From the NCBI RefSeq assembly GCF_000011325.1, contig NC_003450.3:1710001-1742000 (forward strand): DNA of 32,000 nt, written 5' to 3'. Shown here in pieces: positions 1-6,776 of this stretch (position 1 is the first letter of the stretch; each line of letters starts with the position of its first letter). The DNA comes from Corynebacterium glutamicum ATCC 13032. Lineage in GTDB: Bacteria > Actinomycetota > Actinomycetes > Mycobacteriales > Mycobacteriaceae. Under the pieces are notes generated by a model that worked only from the letters and a program-made list of their open reading frames with translations, did no database searches and was not told the DNA's origin. A program made the translations under genes and the position numbers.

Positions 1-357
1 TTCCGCGATAACCGGCTGATCCATCACTGGAGTGGTGTTCGCCATGGTGAATACTGCGGTGAATCCGCCCTTGGCTGCGGCGGCAGAACCAGTGGCAATG
101 GTTTCAGTGTCTTCGCGGCCTGGCTCACGCAGGTGAACGTGCATGTCCACGAAACCTGGAAGGAGAACTCCCCCATTGCCGTCGATGGTGCGGTCAGCCT
201 CATGAGTGCCGCCGATAGCTGCGATCACACCATCTTTAACAAACACATTCGTTGGCTCGCCTTCGCCGTAGACCAAAACGTTGCTGATTAGGAGTGAGTC
301 TGCAGGAGCCGGTGCCAGTGCGCCGGTTTCTGGATACTGGGTGTTGCTGTCAACCAC
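1..357 (-). CDS. pyrC: dihydroorotase, N-terminal 119 codons (gene continues beyond window start)
   Basis: Manual minus-strand translation from GTG at 357 gives [50 protein letters not shown]...[51 protein letters not shown]. It carries the HxH metal motif ([10 protein letters not shown]). GAGGGA lies about 8 nt upstream. The gene sits directly downstream of pyrB, as in pyr operons. Confidence 0.85.
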   Translation of the reverse strand, partial: MVDSNTQYPETGALAPAPADSLLISNVLVYGEGEPTNVFVKDGVIAAIGGTHEADRTIDGNGGVLLPGFVDMHVHLREPGREDTETIATGSAAAAKGGFTAVFTMANTTPVMDQPVIAE

Positions 358-409
358 TTCTTTAATCCCTCGTTACCTTTTCTAGAATTTCGCGATCAGA
401 TGGTCGCGA

Positions 410-1348
410 TTAGATAGTCGCGTCAGAGCCTGCGACCAGGGCGAACAAAATGGCCATGCGCATGTGCACACCGTTGCTTACCTGCTGCAGTACCGCGGTG
501 CGTGGTGCGTCTGCCACCTGGAAGTTAATTTCCATGCCACGAAGCATGGGGCCGGGGTGCATGATGATGGCGGAGTCCTTGAGGCGAGCTTCGCGCTCTT
601 TGGACATGCCGTACAGCGTTGCGTACTCACGGTGTGAGGGGAAGAAACCACCCTGCATGCGTTCTTGCTGAACGCGCAGCATCATCACTACGTCGGCGTC
701 GGCAATTTCTGCGTCCATGTCGTAGGAGAATCGGACTGGCCAGTTCTCCACACCAATAGGAAGCAGTGTCGGAGGAGCAACCAGCACTACCTCTGCGCCC
801 AAAGTGGACAGCAGATCCACATTGGAGCGCACCACCCGGGAGTGCAAACAGTCGCCCACGATGACAACTTTGAGTCCCTCAATGCGGCCGGTGCGCTGCC
901 GGATGGTTAAAGCGTCGAGAAGCGCCTGGGTGGGGTGCTGGTGCGAACCGTCACCCGCGTTGATCACGCTGGGGCCGTTGCCACCTGGTGCGACGAACTG
1001 CGCAAGCTGCTGCGCGGCGCCTGAGGCTGGGTGGCGCATGATGATCGCATCCGCGCCGATTGCCGACAAAGTCAAGCCGGTATCTTTCAGCGACTCGCCC
1101 TTCTTCACGCTGGATGATGAGGCCGAAATGTTAATCACATCGGCGCTCATCCACTTTCCTGCGGTTTCAAAGGACGAACGGGTGCGCGTGGAGTTCTCAT
1201 AGAACAAGGTAAAAATGGTGCGACCACGCAGCGTGGGCAGCTTCTTTACTTCACGTCCTTCGAGCACCTCCTTAAAGCGATCCGCTTCATCCAGCAATCC
1301 AACAATCTCATCTTTGGAAAGATCGCTAATGGATAGGAGGTGCTTCAT
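410..1348 (-). CDS. pyrB: aspartate carbamoyltransferase catalytic subunit
   Basis: 312-aa ORF with the STRTR carbamoyl-phosphate motif ([11 protein letters not shown]), HPTQ ([10 protein letters not shown]) and HPGP ([10 protein letters not shown]). Its ATG abuts the pyrR stop (TAG-ATG). Confidence 0.97.
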   Translation of the reverse strand: MKHLLSISDLSKDEIVGLLDEADRFKEVLEGREVKKLPTLRGRTIFTLFYENSTRTRSSFETAGKWMSADVINISASSSSVKKGESLKDTGLTLSAIGADAIIMRHPASGAAQQLAQFVAPGGNGPSVINAGDGSHQHPTQALLDALTIRQRTGRIEGLKVVIVGDCLHSRVVRSNVDLLSTLGAEVVLVAPPTLLPIGVENWPVRFSYDMDAEIADADVVMMLRVQQERMQGGFFPSHREYATLYGMSKEREARLKDSAIIMHPGPMLRGMEINFQVADAPRTAVLQQVSNGVHMRMAILFALVAGSDATI

Positions 1349-1927
1349 CTAGGAATCCCCTTCAGAGTCTTCTCGGGTGAGCGTGACTGCATCGCGGCCG
1401 TCGATTTCTGTAAGCATGACGGAAACGTCTTCCGCGCGTGCGGTGGGGAGATTTTTGCCCACATAGTCAGCGCGAATGGGCAGCTGGCGATGACCGCGGT
1501 CAACCAACACAGCTAACTGGATGTAGTTGGGGCGTCCAACGTCGCGCAAAGCATCAAGTGCAGCGCGGATGGTACGACCGGAAAACAGCACATCATCCAC
1601 CAAAATCACGGTGGTGTTATCGATACCACCTGCTGGAATAGAGGTGGGCTGCAGTGCGCGGTGTGGTTTGTTTCGAAGATCATCCCTGTACAAGGTGATA
1701 TCAACAGCGCCGGTATCTACCGAAACGCCGGAAAATTCTTCGATCTTTTCAGCGAGCCTACGGGCCAATGGGACTCCACCTGAGGGAATACCTAACAACA
1801 TGACCCGATCCGCGTCTTTGGAATCAAGCGCGGTTTTCTCAATAATCTGGTGCGCGATGCGTGCGATGGTACGGCTGACGTCGTCCTCATTAAGGAGTTC
1901 TAGTACAGCACTATTACGTTCGCTCAT
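1349..1927 (-). CDS. pyrR: bifunctional pyr operon regulator / uracil phosphoribosyltransferase PyrR
   Basis: ORF 1349-1984 starts at a TTG. I trimmed it to the ATG at 1927 ([12 protein letters not shown]..., 192 aa), which is preceded by GGAAGGAGG. PRPP-binding motif [13 protein letters not shown] is present. Confidence 0.95.
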   Translation of the reverse strand: MSERNSAVLELLNEDDVSRTIARIAHQIIEKTALDSKDADRVMLLGIPSGGVPLARRLAEKIEEFSGVSVDTGAVDITLYRDDLRNKPHRALQPTSIPAGGIDNTTVILVDDVLFSGRTIRAALDALRDVGRPNYIQLAVLVDRGHRQLPIRADYVGKNLPTARAEDVSVMLTEIDGRDAVTLTREDSEGDS

Positions 1928-1930
1928 CGT

Positions 1931-1960
1931 GACCTCCTTCCCCGCCTCTCTGTGCGGTCC
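1931..1960 (-). promoter_or_regulatory. PyrR-binding-loop-like leader hairpin enclosing the pyrR Shine-Dalgarno
   Basis: The minus-strand RNA reads GGACCGCACAGAGAGGCGGGGAAGGAGGUC. The inner hairpin is CCGC-ACAGAGAG-GCGG (1942-1957). Outer GACC/GGUC pairing encloses GGAGG, which lies 5 nt before the ATG. CAGAGAGGC...GAAGGA resembles the PyrR binding-loop consensus known from Bacillus and Mycobacterium pyr leaders. Confidence 0.7.
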
Positions 1961-2086
1961 GTTAAAGGATGTCCAATTTTGCAAAAACTCTGCAACGACC
2001 AGTTTCCTGGTTGTTGTCTGACACTATAGCGTACCGTGTCACATTCACCCCAAGATGCTGACTATGATCTTAAGGTAGTGCTCCAC

Positions 2087-2117
2087 GGTGAAACACTGTT
2101 AACAACAGTGAAACACC
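2087..2117. repeat. 31-bp imperfect palindrome (candidate operator) in the pyrR / SRPBCC-gene divergent region
   Basis: Sequence is ggtg-aaa-cactgtt-aac-aacagtg-aaa-cacc. Arms cactgtt/aacagtg (7 bp) and ggtg/cacc (4 bp) are complementary. It also contains gtgaaacac twice as a direct repeat. Confidence 0.3.
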
Positions 2118-2235
2118 AAAATGCTTAAAGCAGATGGTACAGCATGCCAGTCGAATCTGTGACAATTGATCGTTGTAGGACACCCGGTGTATACCCACTG
2201 GGACCTCATAAATCCACTGACTTGGAGAAGCCCCT

Positions 2236-3762
2236 GTGAGTCTGACCACAAGCCATTTTATTCCTTTTCCCCGAGAAATGGTCTGGGATTGGCATACCCG
2301 CAAGGGCGCTGTCGCACGTCTGACTCCCCCATTCATCCCACTTAACCCCATTACGCAGGCAGAACGCCTCGCCGACGGCACCACCATCTTCAGTCTCCCC
2401 GCGGGACTTAAATGGGTGGCACGCCACGATTTATCCGGGTTTTTGAACGGGTCACGCTTCACCGACGTCTGCCTCACCGCCCCTGTGAAGGCCCTCGCAA
2501 ACTGGCGCCACGTGCATAATTTCGTCGACCAAGACGGCGGCACACTCATCACAGATTCCGTGAGCACCCGCCTACCGGCATCCACACTCACGGGCATGTT
2601 CGCCTATCGCCAAACTCAGCTCATCGAAGACCTAAAATTCTTAAGTAGAACAAGCACGCTTTTCGACGGCTCCCCCCTCACCGTAGCCATCACCGGCTCC
2701 AGGGGGCTCGTCGGCCGCGCGCTGACAGCGCAGCTGCAAACCGGCGGCCACGAAGTCATCCAACTCGTGCGCAAAGAACCCAAACCTGGCCAACGTTTCT
2801 GGGATCCACTCAACCCAGCATCCGATCTCCTCGACGGCGCGGATGTTTTGGTTCACCTTGCCGGCGAACCGATCTTCGGGCGATTCAACGACTCCCACAA
2901 AGAAGCCATCCGCGAGTCCCGCGTACTTCCCACCAAATTCCTCGCAGAATTAGTTGCCGAATCCACCCAGTGCACCACCATGATTTCCGCCTCTGCAGTT
3001 GGATTCTATGGTCACGACCGCGGCGACGAGATCCTGACCGAAGAATCCGAATCCGGCGATGATTTCCTCGCCGAGGTCTGTAGGGATTGGGAACACGCCA
3101 CTGCTCCTGCCTCAGATGCAGGAAAGCGCGTAGCCTTCATTCGCACCGGCGTGGCCCTCAGTGGACGCGGTGGCATGCTTCCCCTGCTGAAAACCCTGTT
3201 CTCCACCGGACTAGGCGGAAAATTCGGCGATGGCACCTCCTGGTTCAGCTGGATCGCCATCGATGACCTCACCGACATCTACTACCGCGCCATCGTGGAC
3301 GCCCAGATCTCCGGCCCCATCAACGCGGTAGCCCCCAATCCAGTCTCCAATGCGGACATGACCAAGATTCTGGCCACCAGCATGCACCGTCCCGCATTCA
3401 TCCAAATTCCTTCCCTCGGCCCCAAAATTCTGCTCGGAAGCCAAGGCGCTGAAGAGCTAGCCCTGGCGTCCCAACGCACCGCCCCAGCAGCACTGGAAAA
3501 CCTCAGCCACACCTTCCGCTACACCGACATCGGGGCCGCCATCGCACACGAACTTGGCTACGAACAACTCGCAGATTTCGCCCAACAGCAAGAAATCGAA
3601 GCCGAACGCAAACAGGAACGAGCCGAACTCAAAGCCGCCAAGAAGATCGCCAAGAAAGCCCCAGTCCTAGAGGAATCCCCCACCAACCTGGAAGATCCCG
3701 AAGAAGTAGAGCAAAGTATCCTTTCATCAATCCTCAATTTCCGCCGTAAGCGCAACGACTAA
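2236..3762 (+). CDS. SRPBCC-domain / YfcH-like SDR epimerase (DUF1731-type) fusion protein with a charged C-terminal tail
   Basis: 508-aa ORF with a GTG start and GGAGAAG 5 nt upstream. The first ~145 aa look like a cyclase/dehydrase-like (SRPBCC) domain. They are followed by Rossmann motif AITGSRGLVGRAL and YfcH-family signatures (RFWDP, LVHLAGEPI, SRV). The last 66 aa are a K/E-rich tail. Confidence 0.8.
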   Translation: MSLTTSHFIPFPREMVWDWHTRKGAVARLTPPFIPLNPITQAERLADGTTIFSLPAGLKWVARHDLSGFLNGSRFTDVCLTAPVKALANWRHVHNFVDQDGGTLITDSVSTRLPASTLTGMFAYRQTQLIEDLKFLSRTSTLFDGSPLTVAITGSRGLVGRALTAQLQTGGHEVIQLVRKEPKPGQRFWDPLNPASDLLDGADVLVHLAGEPIFGRFNDSHKEAIRESRVLPTKFLAELVAESTQCTTMISASAVGFYGHDRGDEILTEESESGDDFLAEVCRDWEHATAPASDAGKRVAFIRTGVALSGRGGMLPLLKTLFSTGLGGKFGDGTSWFSWIAIDDLTDIYYRAIVDAQISGPINAVAPNPVSNADMTKILATSMHRPAFIQIPSLGPKILLGSQGAEELALASQRTAPAALENLSHTFRYTDIGAAIAHELGYEQLADFAQQQEIEAERKQERAELKAAKKIAKKAPVLEESPTNLEDPEEVEQSILSSILNFRRKRND

Positions 3763-3829
3763 AACCACCATCTGTAGTGTGGTGGAAAAGTTACTTTTAA
3801 AAGGATTTTGGAAGGACTGAAACTCCCCA

Positions 3830-4309
3830 GTGCCTCAATCACCCACAGCACACGACCCCAACGACATCCAGGAATTTAACCTCGATGCCGTTGCAGGGAT
3901 TCTCCAGGACGAAAAACTGGACTACCGCATCGATGAACACGACGGCGAAAAAGTAATCCGCACCGGATTCATCAACGCCGCCATCAGCTTCATCCTCTTA
4001 GACGGCAGCTTAACCATGGAAGCCATGTGGCGAGGAGCCCCCTCCACCGATGCTGCCGCACAAGTTCTCGCGGCCACCAACGAATGGAACCTCACCCAGT
4101 TCGCACCCACCATTCGATTCTTCGAACTCAACGAAGGCACCCTCGCCATCAATGCACTGCGACACGTCGTTGTTTCCGCAGGCATGAGCCACAACCAAGT
4201 CGGCTCCTACGTTATGAGCTCCATCGAATCCGCTGTTCAGTGCTTCGAATGGCTTGAGCAGCAATTCCCAGATCTAGTCACCTGGAAGGACGAACACCAT
4301 GACCACTGA
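3830..4309 (+). CDS. YbjN-like (T3SS-chaperone-fold) cytosolic protein
   Basis: 159-aa acidic ORF with a GTG start and GGAAGGA upstream. The sequence pattern (LDYRIDEHDGEKVIRTGFINAAISFILLDG) resembles actinobacterial YbjN-family proteins. The family call is from memory. Confidence 0.7.
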   Translation: MPQSPTAHDPNDIQEFNLDAVAGILQDEKLDYRIDEHDGEKVIRTGFINAAISFILLDGSLTMEAMWRGAPSTDAAAQVLAATNEWNLTQFAPTIRFFELNEGTLAINALRHVVVSAGMSHNQVGSYVMSSIESAVQCFEWLEQQFPDLVTWKDEHHDH

Positions 4310-4763
4310 TTCCAATTCTGCGACAATCCCAACCCCAAAGCCGATTCCAGTGACCATCGACCGAATCTCCCTCATCATGAAAGAATTCGGCATTGACCTA
4401 TCCATCGCCGATGAACAAGGCACCGGATCCCAAGTAGCCAGCGCCAACCTCAACGGCCATCACGTCATGTTCGCTGTCATCGGTTCAGTCCTGATCGTTC
4501 GTGCCGATCGCGCCACCGAAATGCCAGTCTCCGACGGCAACCCCGCATGGCATCTCGCCTGCAACCAAGTCAACTGTTTCAACTTCGCTGCCAAGGCTGT
4601 CGTAGTTGATCGCACCGACAACATCGTGATCCGCGCCGAGAAGGATGTCCCCATCGCCGCTGGGCTCAACGATATTCAGCTTTCCGCAATGCTGAAAAAC
4701 GCCATCGATCACGTCCTCGCGATTCAAGATGCCGTAGCCAATGCAGGCAAGGAAATCGGCTAA
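4299..4763 (+). CDS. second YbjN-like protein
   Basis: 154-aa ORF. Its ATG at 4299 overlaps the upstream stop (4307-4309) by 11 nt. Its architecture is similar to the preceding gene (VTIDRISLIMKEFGIDL...VMFAVIGSVLIVRAD). Confidence 0.7.
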   Translation: MTTDSNSATIPTPKPIPVTIDRISLIMKEFGIDLSIADEQGTGSQVASANLNGHHVMFAVIGSVLIVRADRATEMPVSDGNPAWHLACNQVNCFNFAAKAVVVDRTDNIVIRAEKDVPIAAGLNDIQLSAMLKNAIDHVLAIQDAVANAGKEIG

Positions 4764-4764
4764 C

Positions 4765-4953
4765 ATGTCGGACGAGTCCATCGAAGAGCAGGAAAAAGAA
4801 CTCGCGGCGCTGAAGGCTCAAATCGATGAACTGGAAAAGAAAGACAAGCAGAACAAGCTAATCATCGAGATTTTGTCCAAGGCCGTCGAAAAGAATGTGG
4901 CAGAGGCAGAAGCGAAAAGAGCCCGCAAATATCCGCCCAATCCCCTGTGGTGA
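4765..4953 (+). CDS. small (62 aa) predicted coiled-coil protein
   Basis: The ATG at 4765 lies 1 nt after the upstream TAA, with AAGGAA about 10 nt upstream. The K/E heptad-like sequence is EEQEKELAALKAQIDELEKKDKQNK. I do not recognise a family. Confidence 0.5.
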   Translation: MSDESIEEQEKELAALKAQIDELEKKDKQNKLIIEILSKAVEKNVAEAEAKRARKYPPNPLW

Positions 4954-5067
4954 ATTCTAAGGCGTCGAACTTTCCGAATGAATGTTTGTATACCTCCATT
5001 GGTTCTAAGCCGTTGGAGGCGATTCTGTTGAGTCGACTTCTTTGGGCCCAGGCACCAGAAATTGGGG

Positions 5068-5203
5068 GAGACCAGACCACACTGCCCACGAACCTCAAAA
5101 GTGAGGTTTGTGGGCATCTGTGTCTGGTTTGACCCCCTCATAACCAGACACAGATGCCCACGTTCTAGAAACTCGCGACTGGTGGGCAGTGTGGTTTGGT
5201 CTC
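5068..5203. repeat. 136-nt concentric quasi-palindrome built from four copies of a 19-nt motif (ACCAGAC-N5-TGCCCAC)
   Basis: Outer arms 5068-5089 and 5182-5203 pair at 21 Watson-Crick positions plus 1 G:T, out of 22. Inner arms 5110-5129 and 5142-5161 pair 20/20. Both pairs share the same axis (i+j=10271). The apical loop is tgaccccctcat (5130-5141). The left internal segment holds the hairpin aacctca-aaag-tgaggtt (5091-5108). Confidence 0.85.
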
Positions 5204-5244
5204 GGCTAGCCAATACCGAACCGGACCGGTTTTAAAGGCGATAA

Positions 5245-5302
5245 ACCAAACGCACGTGCCAAAACTCCTGGAAATCGAAGAATCTTGTCACACCTGTCTA
5301 GT
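5245..5302. repeat. degenerate third unit of the same inverted-repeat motif
   Basis: accaaacgcacgtgccaaa (5245-5263) and cttgtcacacctgtctagt (5284-5302) are weaker matches to the motif and its complement. They keep the same 39-nt start-to-start register as the two intact units. Confidence 0.4.
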
Positions 5303-5317
5303 CCCCTCTCACAACGA

Positions 5318-5358
5318 AGCGCCACCCACCCCTAAATTTCTCCAGGGTGGGTGGCGCT
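5318..5358. terminator. GC-rich hairpin between convergent genes (likely nusB terminator, possibly bidirectional)
   Basis: A 14-bp stem pairs agcgccacccaccc (5318-5331) with gggtgggtggcgct (5345-5358), with a 13-nt loop. It starts 20 nt past the nusB stop. The U-tract is poor on both strands. Confidence 0.55.
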
Positions 5359-5378
5359 TGGTGTTAGCCAGAAAAGAT

Positions 5379-6092
5379 TTAGCTCTCGTCAGCCTTTTCT
5401 TCTGAAACCTTTGAAACTTCAGAGTCTTCTGCGACTTCGGAAACCTCTACAGTCTCTTCAGCCTCAAAAACCTCAGCAGCATCTACAGCCTCAAAATCTT
5501 CATCCGAGTCATCCAAAGCATCCGAGTCATCCCACGGCGCGACCGGAGCATCATCGAGAGATTCGGAAGCTTCCGCCAGAACTGCTTCTGGGTTGGCGGC
5601 GCGCTCGCGGAGGGTCTCCACCTTTGATGCCATGGCGTCAAGTGTCGCGTTGATGTAGGCACTGGATTTGTCTCCGGAGTATTCGGAGGCAATTTCCACG
5701 GCTTCAACGATTGCGGTGGTGACAGGAACGTCGGCGTTGTAGATCATTTCCCAGGAAGCGACGCGCAGGATTGCGCGGTCGACGGATGGGAGTCGTCCGA
5801 GAGTCCAGGTTTCTGCGATGTGTTCCGCGAGGAAGACATCGAGGGTATCGAGTTCAACGGCAACGCCATTGATGATGGTTTCGGTGTATTCCGCTACCGG
5901 TGCAACGATGGGGTTGGTATCGCGCGCCAACTTGTGGCGGTCATCGATGATGGCCACGGGATCAACATCGCGGGATTCCGCTTCAAATAGGATGTCTACG
6001 GCACGCATGCGCGCCTTGTAGCGGGATCCGTGTCGCTTGTAATCTTGTCGACGCTCGCTCACGTTTTGTTCTCTTTGTTCCTGTTCAATCAA
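5379..6092 (-). CDS. nusB: transcription antitermination factor NusB with a long acidic C-terminal extension
   Basis: 237-aa ORF with a NusB-like core (RHGSRYKARMRAVDILFEAE ... VEIASEYSGDKSSAYINATLD). The start is uncertain: TTG at 6092 or GTG at 6062. Confidence 0.88.
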   Translation of the reverse strand: MIEQEQREQNVSERRQDYKRHGSRYKARMRAVDILFEAESRDVDPVAIIDDRHKLARDTNPIVAPVAEYTETIINGVAVELDTLDVFLAEHIAETWTLGRLPSVDRAILRVASWEMIYNADVPVTTAIVEAVEIASEYSGDKSSAYINATLDAMASKVETLRERAANPEAVLAEASESLDDAPVAPWDDSDALDDSDEDFEAVDAAEVFEAEETVEVSEVAEDSEVSKVSEEKADES

Positions 6093-6105
6093 AATGTTTC
6101 TGGCT

Positions 6106-6128
6106 GATTCTTAAAGGTTTTAAGAATC
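6106..6128 (-). other. AT-rich intercistronic stem-loop between efp and nusB
   Basis: gattcttaaa-ggt-tttaagaatc forms a 10-bp stem immediately after the efp stop (6129-6131). No U-tract follows. Confidence 0.3.
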
Positions 6129-6692
6129 TTAGTTGTTAACGCGGGAGAGGTAGGAACCGTCGCGGGTGTCTACCTTGAGTACGTTTCCGGTCTCGATGAA
6201 CAGTGGGACCTGGATTTCAGCGCCGGTCTCGAGGGTTGCTGGCTTGGTGCCGCCGGTGGAGCGGTCGCCCTGCAGGCCTGGATCGGTGTGCTCGACGCGG
6301 AGGTCGACAGATACTGGGAGTTCGCCGAAGAGTGCCTCGCCTTCGTGGAAGGAGACCTGAACGCGCATGTTTTCAAGTAGGAAGCGGCCAGCGTCGCCGA
6401 ATGCGTCTGGGGACAGCTCGTACTGCTCGAAAGTCTTGTCATCCATGACGATGAAGGAAGTGCCGTCGTTGTACAAATAGGTGACATCGCGGCGGTCGAC
6501 GGTTGCGGTTTCAACCTTGACGCCTGCGTTCCAGGTCTTGTCGATGGTCTTGCCGGTCACGACGTCCTTGAGTTTGGTTCGCACGAATGCTGGGCCCTTG
6601 CCTGGCTTGACGTGCTGGAACTCGATGATCTGCTGCAGCTTGCCTTCGTTCTTGAGAACTAGACCGTTCTTGAAATCAGCGGTAGTTGCCAC
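6129..6692 (-). CDS. efp: translation elongation factor P
   Basis: 187-aa ORF with the EF-P loop motif [14 protein letters not shown]. Its length and domain order are typical of EF-P. Confidence 0.97.
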   Translation of the reverse strand: MATTADFKNGLVLKNEGKLQQIIEFQHVKPGKGPAFVRTKLKDVVTGKTIDKTWNAGVKVETATVDRRDVTYLYNDGTSFIVMDDKTFEQYELSPDAFGDAGRFLLENMRVQVSFHEGEALFGELPVSVDLRVEHTDPGLQGDRSTGGTKPATLETGAEIQVPLFIETGNVLKVDTRDGSYLSRVNN

Positions 6693-6726
6693 GGATGTGA
6701 TCTCCCTCGTGGATTACGTGGATGGG

Positions 6727-6760
6727 GGTCTGCGCAAAGTGCTTGAAAAACGCGCAGACC
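6727..6760 (-). other. intercistronic stem-loop between pepQ and efp
   Basis: ggtctgcgc (6727-6735) pairs with gcgcagacc (6752-6760) as a 9-bp stem with a 16-nt loop. It lies 17 nt past the pepQ stop. No U-tract follows. Confidence 0.3.
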
Positions 6761-6776
6761 GATTAGCTCACCTAGA

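Noticed and set aside
1928-1984. N-terminal extensions offered by the ORF track (pyrR to 1984, aroB to 9080, rarA to 21581, kinase to 22822)
   Set aside because: In each case an internal ATG with a better SD gives the conserved family N-terminus ([31 protein letters not shown]). For pyrR the extension would also run through the PyrR-binding hairpin.
2070-2597. 175-aa minus-strand ORF spanning the pyrR-upstream region and the start of the SRPBCC gene
   Set aside because: It overlaps the well-supported plus-strand gene by about 360 nt. It is rich in R, S and C and has no motif. It would also require transcription through the divergent promoter region.
3765-3785. Weak hairpin ccacca-tctgtagtg-tggtgg after the SRPBCC-epimerase gene
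   Set aside because: It has only a 6-bp stem and is followed by A's rather than a U-tract. That is insufficient to call a terminator.
5064-5305. Possible CRISPR array
   Set aside because: The repeats alternate in orientation and are only about 19 nt long. The spacers are 14-44 nt, and two of the three 20-nt ones contain their own palindromes. No cas genes or leader are present in the window.
4818-5405. Four short ORFs across the repeat region (4818-5213 minus, 4862-5098 minus, 4947-5132 plus, 5196-5405 plus)
   Set aside because: They read straight through the palindromic repeats. Both strands give DQTTLPTN-like peptides purely because of the DNA symmetry. They have no SD, are mutually overlapping, and are not protein-like.
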